Assembly: GCF_963921235.1 (NCBI RefSeq)
Contig: NC_086097.1
Coordinates: 31,870,001-31,934,000 of the forward strand
Direction of reading: 5' to 3'
From: Mobula hypostoma
Lineage: Eukaryota
DNA length: 64,000 nt
Within the stretch, counting starts at the first letter, position 1, and every line of letters starts with the position of its first letter. Below the pieces are notes generated by a model. It saw only the letters and a program-made list of their open reading frames with translations. It was not told where the DNA came from and did no database searches. The translations under genes were made by a program, and so were the position numbers. This document shows, piece by piece, positions 12,211 through 24,046 of the stretch.

Positions 12211-15200
12211 GATGGCGAACACTAAGATGGCGCCGGTAACTGGCAACTCTGTGCGTGCTCTCCTGAGCAAACTGCCCTCCACACTATCCTATACCCGAGA
12301 AACCCTTCTAAACCTCTAATCTGCTACATCTAGCAAGATCAACAACATCCTGGTGAAGCTACTGACCCAGCTGGAGACCACAGTGCCAGAACTGCTTCTT
12401 AAACTCCAGGGTCAAAGATGCCGTGTTGGGAAACCAAGGAAGAAGTCAAAAGAGCAGGATCACCTCGTGTGAGGTCAGAGTGTGGGGTATCAAGGATTGA
12501 GATCTTGGCAACAGGCCTGTAGAGACCTGAGACAAACAACTATTGGTGGAAGACTGGCTCTTTAAACACTGCTGGGTAATGGGAAACGTGACTTATCTTT
12601 CTGACCTGCTGAGTTCCTCCAGCACTTTAAAGAGCTACGAGGTAATGTTGCAGCTTTATAAAACCTTGGTTAGACTACACTCAGAGTATGGTTGTCAGTT
12701 CTGGTCAACTTGTTATTGAAAGGATGTGGAAGCTTTCAAGAGGATGCAGAGGAGATTTGCCAGGATGCTGCCTGGATCAGTGAGCATATTTTATGAGGAT
12801 AGGTTGAACGAGCTAGGGCTTTTCTCTTTGGAGCAAAGGATGAGAGATGACTTAATAAAGAAGGTCAGGGGCATAGATAGAGTGGACAGTCAGAGATGTT
12901 TTCCAAGGGCAGAAATGGCTATTACAAGTGAAGGAGTGTATAGGGGGGTTGTCAGAGGTAAGTTCTTTACACAGAACTGGTGGGTGGGTGGAACGTCTTG
13001 CCAGGGCTGGTGGTAGAGGTAGATACATTGTTGGAATTTAAGAATCTCTTAGATAGATGATAGAAAATGGAGGCAGTGTAGTTGGGAAGAGTTAGATTGA
13101 TCTTAGAGTAAGTTTCAAAAGTTGGAACAATACTGTGGGCTGAAAGGCCAGTACTCTATGGTAATGTTCTTTGTGTGCGTTCCTCAATATTCCCAGCATC
13201 TGCGCAATCGCTTGCATTTACGATGTATCCCATGCTCTGATCTCTTGTGTCATCTTCTGCTGTGACTGTGTTGTCCATGATTGGTGGAACTGCATGCCAG
13301 GTGTGGGTGATAGTTGTGACGAAGAGGAGGAGGTCACAGTCAGCATCATGTTTGTTATAGAACCATAGAACCATAGAAACTACAGCACAGAAACAGGCCT
13401 TTTGGCCGGTCTTAGCTGTGCCGAACCATTTTCTGCCTAGTCCCACTGACCTGCACACGGACCATATCCCTCCATACACCTCCCATCTCTGACACTTTGT
13501 GAAAACTGTTGTTTTGCAGCACAGGTATAGTGCAATACGTTAAAAAATGATTATAATCTGCAATGAAATGTATTAAAAAAAGTAGTGCGAAAAGAGAGGA
13601 AAATAGGGAACAGGAGAAAATCTGTGGATGCTGGAAATCCAAGCAACAGACACAAAATGCTGGAGGAACTCAGCAGGCCAGGCAGCATCTATGGGAAAAA
13701 AGTACAGTTGACGTTTCAGGCTGAGACCATTCAGCAGGACTGGAGAAAAAAATGCTGAGTAGATTTAAAAGGCAGTGGGGGGTCGGGTAAGAGATGGTGT
13801 TCGTGGGTTCATGGTTCATTCAGTAATCTGAAGATGGAGGGCGAAAAGCTGTTCCTAAAACATTGAGTGTGCATCTCCAGACTCCCTGATGGTGGAAGTG
13901 AGAAGAGAGTATATCCTGGATGGAGACAATCCTTCATGATGCCACCTTTGGTGTCCTGGTTGGTGGTGAGGGTTGTGGCCAAGATGGAGCTGGCAGAGTA
14001 AACGACCCTCCCCAGCCTTTTCTGATTCTGTGCGTTGGAGCCTCCATACCAGACGATTCTGCAACCAGGCAGAATGCTCTCCACAAGGGTGAGACAGAGA
14101 GCAAGGTCATGCCAGAAGATGCCTCACCGCATTGAGTGTGTAACTGAGAATCACAACTGGCAGACCACGCCAAATCCCCGCTAAACACCGTCTGAGTCAT
14201 GCTGACTCCTGGCTCTCTGGCTGTTCAGTTGCCGTGGGCTGGGAGGGGACTTTCGATTAGGGTCAGGAATGATGCTGTTGGTAAGGGATGGATCAGGAGC
14301 CTGGGTCATCACCTCACCCAAGGTCCCTTGTTTCTAAGTGGTGAGATGTCCCAGAGCCCAGCAGAAAGCAGTCCATTACTTCACATATCATCTCAATCAA
14401 CCGTCCCCTACACTAGTCACCCACGGTTGGGTAACAGCAGGACCAAAACCCCTGGTTCCCCTGGATCAGATCTCGGCTTGTAACCCATAACCTCCGAACC
14501 CCTGGATTAGATCCCAGCCCTTAAACTACTCCCGAGGACCTGTTATTCTGTATATAAACAATTCCAAATCCTTGGATTAGATGTCAGCCTGTAACCCACT
14601 CCCAGCATTTGTACATAAAGCCTTGATTCCTTTGGGACTGTTCTGTGAAGAAAGGAAACAGGGTATGTTTAGAATGATGAAGGGTTTGGCAGGATGGGTG
14701 CTGAGAGAATGCATCCTCTTTAGAGAAGGACATAACCTGGGGCCATCTATACAAGGAATAACAAGATGCCTAGTGTGGAGTTATCAGACAAAACTACTTA
14801 TCCCAAGGACCAGAAGGAGTGTGGAACTTTCTCCAGCAGGGAGTGGCTGGAGTCAATGAGGAGCATTAAAGTGGGGTTTGGGCAAACCCGGGGGTAAAAG
14901 AGGAGAGAGGGTCCAGCTGACAGATTGAGAAGGGGGTCAGAGTTTTTATGGAGTGCTGCCACAAGGAAATAGCATCTATCATCAAGTACTCCCACCAGTC
15001 CAAGCCACACATTCTTCTCACTGCTGTCATCGGGAAGGAGATACAGGGACGCCCCTCGTCCCCGTCTCCACACTGGCCTGTCTGTCCTTGGCCTTCTCTA
15101 CTGCCACGGTGAGGCCAAACGTGAATCAGAGGAACAGCCCCTCATCCTCCACCTGGATAGTCGACACCCCATCGGCTTGGAGCCATTGAGCGCTACAGCC

Positions 15201-15736
15201 CAGAAACAGGCCCTTTGGCCCATGTAGTCCGTGCCAAATTGCTAATCTGTCTAGTCCCATCATCCCCTCCATACTCCTTCCATCCATCTACCTACCCATT
15301 CTCTTAAATTTTAAAATTGAACACGCATCCAGCACTTATGATGGCAGCCGTTCCCCACCCTCACTACCCTCTGAGTGAAGAAGCTCCCCATCATGTTCCC
15401 CTTAAACATTTCACCTTTCAGCCTTAACCCATGACCTCTAATTTCTAGTCTCATCCAACCTCAGTAGAAAAAGCCTGCTTGCATTTACCCTATCTATACC
15501 CCTCATAATTTTGTATACCTCTATCAAATCTCCCCTCAATCTTCTATGTTCCAGGGAATAAAGTCCGACCTAACCTATTCAATCTTTCCCTACAATTCAT
15601 GTCCTGAAGTCCCAGCAACATCTTGTGAAATCCCCTTCGTTGTCTCTGTATAACACGGAGACCAGAAATGTTCAGGGTGTTCCATGACCAATGACTGCCA
15701 CGTCTGAAATTCCTCCCGAGCTGTGATCTCTGTAAC

Positions 15737-15974
15737 ACACACAAAAAATGCTGGTGAACACAGCAGGCCAGGCAGCATCTATAGGAAGAGGTACAGTCGA
15801 CGTTTCGGGCCAAGAGACCCTTCGTCAGGACTAACTGAAAGAAGAGATAGTAAGGGTCTTGGCCCGAAACGTCGACTGTACCTCTTCCTATAGATGCTGC
15901 CTGGCCTTCTGCGTTCACCAGCATTTTTTGTGTGTGTGGCTTGAAATTCCAGCATCTGCAGATTTCCTCGTGTT
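15737..15974. mobile_element. Non-autonomous palindromic Penelope-like terminal element with 15-bp TSD
   Basis: Inverted arms (acacacaaaaaatgctggtgaac...gtcgacgtttcgggcc / ggcccgaaacgtcgac...gttcaccagcattttttgtgtgt). Direct repeat tgtgatctctgtaac at 15722-15736 and 15975-15989. Confidence 0.85.
15794..15833 (-). ncRNA. Minimal type-I hammerhead ribozyme motif (Penelope-associated), core intact
   Basis: Minus strand reads UAGUC-CUGACGA-A-GGGUC UCUU GGCCC-GAAAC-GUC|GACUG: stem I UAGUC/GACUG, stem II GGGUC/GGCCC, both core boxes, GUC triplet, and palindromic ACGU in place of stem III. Confidence 0.75.
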
Positions 15975-18889
15975 TGTGATCTCTGTAACTAGCTTGGAAT
16001 GAGGCAGATTGTCTGCTCTGCACGGGACGCAGTAGCAGCAGAGGATGCAGACCCTGTACCAACTTACCAATGCCTCTACTTCCTCAGGAGGCTAAGGAAA
16101 TGTCCCCCATTGACCCTTAACAATTTTTATCAACGCATCATAGAAACCATCCTCTCCAGATGGCCAGCGGCTTAGTACGGCAACTGCTCTGCCCGTGACG
16201 GCCAGAAACTGCAGAGAGTTGTGGACACAGCTCAGCACATCACAGGAACCAGCCATGGACTTTGGCTGCACTCCTCACTGCCTCAGTGAGGCAGCCAAGA
16301 TAATCAAGATTCAATTAGCTTTGTTGGTCACATGTACGTTAAAACATACAGTGAAATGCTTCATTTGTGTCAAATCAAATTAGTGCGGTTTGTCATGCCG
16401 TGGTGCGGTCATGTTCTGTTGGTGCCAGTAGCATGGCGACACTTGTGAGCTGCCCCCTACTAACCCTAGCCCGTACATCATTGGACCCGGAGCCCTCAGA
16501 GGAAACCCATGCAGTCATGGGGAGAACATACAAGCTCCTCACAGGCAGAGATGGGAAATAAGTTCTGATCGGTTATCGCTGGACCTATAAAGTGATTGTG
16601 CAAACCCCTAAGCTGCTGTACCGTGTATCAAACACCCCACCCAGCACCAGACATTCTCTCTTCTCCACCCTTCCATCGGGCAGTAGCCTGTACTACTAGG
16701 CTCAAGGACACCGAGCCCATTGTTATCAGACTATAAAATAATTCCCAGGCACAATCATCCTCTTATGAACTCACACCTTATTGTTTATCTGCACTGCACT
16801 TTTGTTGTAACTGTAGCACTCTATCTTATTCTTCCTCAATGCACTATGTAATGATTTAATCTGAATGAACAGTATGCAAGACAGGCTTTTCTCTGTACCT
16901 TGGTACAGGTGACAACAATAAACCAATACTAATAATCTACTTTAGCTTCTTGGGTTGGTTACTGGGCGACCACAGATGCAGATTCGATTGCAAAGGATGC
17001 TGCATTATATCTTTTAATTCACACTTATTGAAAGCATTTTATTGACTGAGCTGTAATAATCTAACCCATTAAGCAGCTGATGATCTCTAACAATGAGGAC
17101 TCTGTCAAAAGGAAGAGAGTTGACCGACTGGATGTTGGCCACAGGGCAGGGTGCTGATGGTTTACTGGTCTGGCTGTGGTTGTCCTTATCGCATTAGTAT
17201 CTTCCACACTGATTTCAGGTTCATTTATTTATCACATTGGACAGACCGCACTTGCACTATTGTGAGCAGTTTCCGATCCCTTATCTAAGAAAGGATGTGC
17301 TGGGATTGGGAAGGGTGCAGAGGAGGTTTGCAAGAATGATCCCAGGAATGAAAGGGTTAACATGAGGAGCGTTTGACGACTTGGGGCCTGTACTCACTGG
17401 AGTTCAGAAGAATGGAGGGGGGTCATCATTGAAACCTATCATATATTGAAAGGCCTAGATAGAGTGGACATGGAGAGGATATTTCCTATAGTGGGAGAGT
17501 CTCGGACCAGAGGGCACAGCTCAATAGTAGGACATCCCTTTAGAATAGAAATGAGGACTGGCATGGATGAGATGGGCTAATGGGCCTGTTTTTTCAAAAA
17601 CTGTGGAAATCTGACTTTTCTGATTAGTTTTGAAAGAACCAGGTTTAGCTTTATTTGTCACATGTACATTGATGGCAGCCTCTCCTGGGGTTGGTTGCCT
17701 GTCTGTGTGGGGTTGGGAGGAATGGGAAAGCGATTTGTTTTGTAGTTGTTGTGGTTGCTTGTGTTGTTCTGTTGAACATTGTTATGTTGCTTCTGGAATG
17801 TGTGGTGACTTGTGGGCTGCCCCAGGCACACCCTTGGACTGTGGTGGTTGTTTTTCACTGTATGCTTTGATGTACATGTGACAAATAAACTGAATCTGAG
17901 CCTATGCTCGTCTCCAGTTTCAGCGCTGGAGATTTTGGGACCTTTTCCTCTCTCCCACCCAACACATCTCGCTGTACCTCCTCCTAGCCCAACACCGATC
18001 ACAGATCTCTGCCCTCATCCTGTTCAACAGAGAATAGCACAGAAACTGGTCTTCTGGCCCACAATGTCTGTACTGAGCATGATACAGAATTATGCTGAAT
18101 TCCATCTGCCTGCACGTGATTCTGATGAAGGGTCTTGGCCTGAACCGTTGACTGTTTATTCACCTCCTGCTTGACCTGCTGTGTTCCTCCAGCATCTTGT
18201 TGCTTTAGATTTCCAGCATCTGCAGAATCTCGTGTTCTTGATTCATATCCCTCCATTGCCGGGCTGTCTGTGGTCTGTCTAACTGGGTGTTAAGCACGTC
18301 TGTCACATCTGCTTCCAGCCTTGGCCGTCCGTTCCAGACACCCCCCACTCTGAGTAAGAGTACTCATCCCACACATCTCCTTTAAACTTTCCCTTTCTCA
18401 TCTCAAACCTGTGCCCTCGAGTATTTGTCAATTGAGAGAAAAATTCTGACAATCTATCCAATCTATGCCTCCTATAATTTTATAAATTTCTATCTGATCT
18501 CCCCTCAGTCTCCGAAGCTCCAGAGAAAAGAACCCAGGTTTGTCCAGCCTCTCCTTGTAGCTCACGCTCTCTAATCCAGGCAGCATCCTGGTGAACCTCT
18601 TCTCCAAACCCTCCATGTGCTTCCTGTCATGGGCCAACCAGAACTGCACACAATGCTCCCAATGCAGATTAACGGAAGCTGAAACACGACTTCCTGGCTC
18701 AGTGCCCTGACCGATGAAGACAATTGGCTTTTTTCACCTCCCTGGTCTCTTCGTACATCCTAGAAATCCATCAGTTTACCACTGAGAGCCATGCTTCTAG
18801 CTGCCCGGACCCTAATTGCTGGGATTCCCAAGCCTCCGTCTTTCCTCCTTGGCACCACACCACTACAACAACACAAGTTCAATCCTCAC

Positions 18890-20150
18890 AAAGGTTGGAG
18901 GTGCTGTGGATAGCCTGGAGGGCTGTCAGAGGTTACAGTGGGACATTGATAAGATGCAAAACTGGGCTGAGAAGTGGCAGATGGAGTTCAACCCAGATAA
19001 GAGTGAAATGGTTCATTTTGGTAGGTCAAATATGATAGCAGAATATAGCATTAATGGTAAGACTCTCGGCAGTGTGGAGGATCAGAGGGATCTTGGGGTC
19101 CGAGTCCATAGGACGCTCAAAGCAGCTGCGCAGGTTGACTCTGTGGTTAAGAATGCATATTGTGTATTGGCCTTCATCAATCATGGAATTGAATTTAGGA
19201 GCTGAGAGATAATGTTGCAGCTATATAGGACCCTGGTCAGACCCCACTTGGAGTACTGTGCTCAGTTCTGGTTGCCTCACTACAGTCATAGTCATAGTCA
19301 ACTTTATTGATCCCAGGGGAAATTGATTTTCGTTACAGTTGCACCATAAATAATAAACAGTAATAAAACCATAAATAGTTAAATCGTAATATGTAAATTA
19401 TGCCAGTAAATTATGCCAGTAAATTATGAAATAAGTCCAGGATCAGCCTATTGGCTCAGGGTGTCTGACCCTCCAAGGGAGGAGTTGTAAAGTTTGATGG
19501 CCACAGGCAGGAATGACTTCCTATGACGCTCTGTGTTGCATCTCGGTGGAATGAGTCTCTGGCTGAATGTACTCCTGTGCCCAACCAGTACATTATGTAG
19601 TGGATGGGAGACATTGTCCAAGATGGCATGCAACTTGGACAGCATCCTGGACAGGAAGGATGTGGAAACCATAGAAAGGGTGCAGAGGAGATTTACAAGG
19701 ATGTTGCCTGGATTAGGGAGCATGCCTTATGAAAACAGGTAGAGTGAACTCGGTCTTTTTTCCTTGGAGCGACGGAGGATGAGAGGTGACCTGATAGAGG
19801 TGTATAAGATGATGAGAGGCATTGATTGTGTGGATAGTCAGAGGCTTTTTTCCAGGGATGAAATGGTTGCCACAAGAGGACACGGGTTTAAGGTGCTGGG
19901 GAGAAGGTACAGAGGAGATGTCAGGGGTAGGTTTTTTACTCAGAGAGTGGTGAGTGCGTGGAATGGGCTGCTGGCAATGGTGGTGGAGGCGGATACGATA
20001 GGGTCTTTTAAGAGACCTTTAGATAGGTAGATGGAGCTTAGAAAAATAGAGGGCTATGGGTAAGCCTAGTCATTTCTGAGGTAGGGACATGTTCGGCACA
20101 ACTTTGTGGGCCGAAGGGCCTGTATTGTGCTGTAAGTTTTATATGTTTCT
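18890..20150 (+). mobile_element. CR1 LINE 3' part, interrupted by the Rex1 fragment
   Basis: WAEKWQMEFNPDK, QRRFTRMLPGL, ERRRMRGDLIEVYKMM, FFTQRVV, and 3' UTR gggccgaagggcctgt. Confidence 0.9.
19284..19648 (-). mobile_element. 3' fragment of the same Rex1/Babar family, inserted antisense into a CR1
   Basis: Peptide KLHAILDNVSHPLHNVLVGHRSTFSQRLIPPRCNT.RHRKSFLPVAIKLYNSSLGGSDTLSQ is nearly identical to the end of 52298-53311. Same (atgact)n tail. The CR1 resumes on both sides with acag duplicated. Confidence 0.9.
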
Positions 20151-20879
20151 CACTGTGGATGCTGTCTGATGACTTTTCTCTGGAGCAATGGAGGCTGAGG
20201 GATAGCTTGATAGAAGTTAATAAAAGTGATAAACTTGATAAAATGCTGTCACGAGGGGATATAATTTCCAGGTGACTGGAGGAATGTACTGGGGAAATGT
20301 CAGAGGTAGGTTTTTTGACACAGAGGGTGTGGGTGTGTGGAACATACCACCAGGGTTGGGGGAAGAGACAGATACATTAGTGACATTTAACAAACTCTTA
20401 AGTGGAAGGAAAATGAAGGCCTTTGTGTGAGGGAAGGATTAGATTGATCTTGGGGTAGGTTAAAAGTCAGCACAGCATCGTGAGCCAATGGGCCTGTTCT
20501 GTGCTGTAGCGTTCTATGTTCTAAGCAGCGTCCAGACCAGGGACACTGATCTATCTCCCTCTGTCTCTCGATATGCCCCACCCCGCCCCTCCTGCTGGGA
20601 CCTGCTCGAGCCAGGGCATCCCAGAAGTGGAATCTGCCTCCTCCCTTGTGATCACCTGTCATTCCTGGCCTTGTGGTTGTGCCATGGCTCCCCTGTGCCT
20701 TGATTCCTCTCTGAAGGTGGCCGGTGAATGGACAGCCCAAGCAGAGTGCTCGGGGATGTGAGAAGTGCTGGGTCTCACTGCTGCGTGTCGGCAAAGTGAG
20801 TTCGGAAGCCCTGTGATCTCCTCCAGGCTGCAGCTCTGTGCTGGGAGCTGGAGGCCCAGTCACTCACTTTGACTTCAGT

Positions 20880-21245
20880 AACGCACATGAACTGCTGGAG
20901 GAACTCAGCAGGTCGGGCAGTATCTATGGAGAGGAATGAACAGTCAACATTTCAAGCCAAGATCCTTCTTAAGGACTGGAAAGGAAGGGGGCAGAAGCCA
21001 GAATAAGAAGGTGGGGGAGGAAGGGGAAGGAGTACAAGTTGGCAGGTGATAGGTGAGACCAGGTGAGGGAGAAGGTGGGCTTATGAAAAAAAGCTGGTGG
21101 GTGATAGGTGAGAGAAAGAGGAATCTGACAGGAAAGGACAGTGGACCATGGGAGAAAGGGGAACCAGAGAGAGGTGATGGGCAGATGAGGAGTAGAGAAA
21201 GGGTGAGAGGGGAACCAGAAAGCGGAATGGAAAAAGAGAAGGGCT
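20880..21245 (-). mobile_element. Penelope-like 3' tail (degenerate)
   Basis: Homologous to 1425-1860 (gaaggggg cagaagccagaataagaaggt...). Confidence 0.6.
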
Positions 21246-21714
21246 ACTGAAGGCCAACACACCATTTGCCTTCTTCACAGATGAAAGAAAAATTGAAGGC
21301 TATGTGAGAGGCAAAGGCTAGACTGATCTTAGAATAGGTTAAAGGGAGGATGGGAGGTGATTTAACAAAGGTGTATAATATTGTGAGAGGCAACCAGTGC
21401 CTTTTTCACCAAGCAGCAATGGCTAATACTTGTGGAATCCATTAAAGGAGATCAGAGACATGTATGAGGGAAATGTCAGAGGTGCATTTTTCCGCTCAGA
21501 GTGATGTGTGTCTGAAACACTCTGCTGGGAGTGGTGCTAGAGGCAAATACATTAGGCATGTTTAAAAGACTCTAGATAGGCACGTGGATGAATGAAAAAT
21601 GGAGAGCTGTGTAGGAAGGAAAGGTTAGATTGATCATGGAGCAGGTTTATATGGTTCAGCACAACACTGTGGGCCGAAGGGCCTGTACTCATTTATGTTC
21701 TATATCTGGGACGA

Positions 21715-22170
21715 TCAAATTGTGATATATATACACACAAGGTTGTAACGCCTGTCTGACTATCTGAAGGAGCTGCTCTTCTATTTCTGGCTGCCTTCAG
21801 CCCCGTACTCCTGACTTCAAGTCGCCCAGTACTGAGGGGAGAGGGTTGCCGGGGGTGGGGGAGGTGGATCTCCTGGGCCTGGCCAAGCTGGCCATTCACG
21901 GCCTCAGGCAGTGGGCAATTGAGGGCTGTGCCTGCCCCTCTTCTGGGGTTATGTCTGTGCCCAGGTGTCCATGGAGAGGGACCATGCAATCTCTATGGGC
22001 ACAGTGGAGGATTTCTGTGAATGTTGAGCCCCCTCTCCCCCTCCCCCTACAAAGAGTTTTGTGGATTATATTAATGGTTTTTTAACTTGAGTTTGTTAAT
22101 AGTTCTGTGAATCCTTGGTTATTATCTGTATTTCGTAAGTGAACAAACGTTTGTAATTTTGTAAAAAGAA
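21715..22170 (+). mobile_element. Tx1/L1-clade ORF2 C-terminal remnant
   Basis: LLGLAKLAIH..RQ.AIEG followed (frameshifted) by PLFWGYV.AQVSMERDHA.SMGTVEDF, recalled as a Tx1-like C-terminus. Confidence 0.55.
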
Positions 22171-22716
22171 TTGGTGTAACACAGCAACGGGTTCTGAATG
22201 CTCCTCCAGATCATTTTCACTGACGTTTGGCAGTGGAACAATCGAAGTGATATCCAGAAGAAGGTTTAAAGACGGGTGTGGGAGGTGGGGGGGGGGGGGG
22301 GAATAGCAGGGAGATTACGGGAAGGCATTCCAGACCTCAGGATTCAGGGAACTGAAACAGTCGGCAGTGTTGCAGCTGTTTGGGAGGTGGAGAATGGAGG
22401 GGCGCTAGGATCTGGGAAGGTTACAGGGCCACAGGAGGCAACGGAGATAAGGAGGTGGGCAGGACTGGTGAAGGATCTGACCTCGAGGAATGACGTTTTA
22501 AGGTGTGAGCAGTCTGCAAGGTAGTGACAGGCAGTGAACAGATCAGAACATCATCGATACCAGCCTCCCGTCCACAGAGTCTGTCTACATTTCTCACTGC
22601 CTTGGTAAAGCAGGCAGTGTACTCAAAGACCCCACCCATCCTAGGCAGGTTGAGCTTTTCTCTCTGGAGCCAGTGACGATGTGAGGACTTGGTAGAATTG
22701 ATTAGAGGCATAAATC

Positions 22717-22924
22717 AAAGTTGCTGGTGAACGCAGCAGGCCAAGCAGCATCTATAGGAAGAGGCGCAGTCGACGTTTCAGGCCGAGACCCTTCGTCAGG
22801 ACGAAGGGTCTCGGCCTGAAACGTCGACTGTACCTCTTCCTAGAGATGCTGCCTGGCCTGCTGCGTTCACCAGCAACTTTGATGTGTGTTGCTTGAATTT
22901 CCAGCATCTGCAGAATTCCTGTTG
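22717..22924. mobile_element. Palindromic Penelope-like terminal element with 13-bp TSD, inserted in a CR1 3' end
   Basis: Near-perfect inverted repeat 22714-22883. Direct repeat agaggcataaatc at 22704-22716 and 22925-22937. Confidence 0.85.
22767..22802 (-). ncRNA. Second minimal hammerhead motif (core boxes intact, stem I cut to 3 bp)
   Basis: Minus strand reads GUC-CUGACGA-AGGGUCUCGGCCU-GAAAC-GUC|GACUG. Confidence 0.55.
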
Positions 22925-23771
22925 AGAGGCATAAATCGATGGGATAGCCAGAGGCTTTTACTCGGGGGGGGGGGGGGTATAATTTTAAGGCGATTGGAGG
23001 CAAGTTTAGGGGAGATGTCAGAGGTAGATTTTTTACACAGAGAGTGGTGGGTGCATGGATAACCCTGCCGGGGGTGGTGGTAGAGGCAGATACAATCGGA
23101 ACATTTAAGACACTCTTAGATAGGCACATGGGTGACAGAGAAATGGAGGGCAAGGTAGGAGGGAAGGGTTAGATTGAACTTGGAGTTGGATAATGGGTTA
23201 GCAGAACATCATGGGCTGAAGGGCCTGTACTATGCTTTATTACCTGGAGCATAGGAGAACAAGGACATATAAAACTATAGCCTTGCTTTAGATTCTGGAA
23301 AGGTTTCTGAAAAGCTGCTTAACTCCTTGTGTTGTATGTTTGGTCTTAAATCTCTCTGTCTCTCTCATACATACACTCTTTCAGCATCATTTAAGTCACT
23401 GTGGTGTGAGTCAGTCCATTGCAGTGCATCCACTTCAGCTCTTCCACAGCTATATCTGCTTTTCAGGAACTTACTTAGCTTCAAACACACAGACGCTTCT
23501 TTCACAAACAGCAGGCTGAATCCCCCACTGCTTCTTGGTCCCAGCTGAGTGTCACAAAAAGGGTACCTCAGCCTCCCCAGGTTGAATAAGGTCATGCACA
23601 GCCTTTCTCCATTAAGTAAATAACTCCTCAGGAGAACATCATACTTGTCTTGAGTGATCGCAGTTCTACTATTACTGTGAACAGGACCTCAGAACTAGGT
23701 GCTTAATGGAACGATGTCAGAGATTGTAGGGAAAACAGGTCAGTGAAGAAGGTTGCCTGAGGTTACAACAG

Positions 23772-24046
23772 TTAAGTTAGTTAAAGTCTGTCCCGAGCCT
23801 TGTGGCCCTTCAGGCTGGTGCCGGTTTCTGTGACAGAGTACAAGACCCCCCCCCCCACCCCCCGCATAGGATGCCGGTCTATCGCGAGGTTAACCCCCAG
23901 CATTTGCCGGTACCCACTTTCAGCTGGGTGGACTGGAGCAGTGCGCGGTTAAGTGCCTCGCTCAAAGACACAAGGCGTTGCCTTGGCCGAGACTCGAACC
24001 CACAACCTTCAGATCGTGAGCCCAACGCCCTAACCACGTGCCACAC
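23772..24046 (-). mobile_element. tRNA-derived CORE-like SINE with a different tail
   Basis: Minus strand: gtggcacgtggttagggcg..ggttcgagtc..tgtctttgagcgaggcacttaacc, with a (taac)-like tail. TSD gaggttacaacag at 23759-23771 and 24047-24059. Confidence 0.85.

Noticed and set aside
15737..15974. DNA-transposon MITE or miRNA precursor
   Set aside because: The arms are asymmetric, with a tail beyond one arm. TSD lengths vary (12-15 bp) among copies, and the same sequence ends Penelope-like tails elsewhere, which favours a PLE origin.
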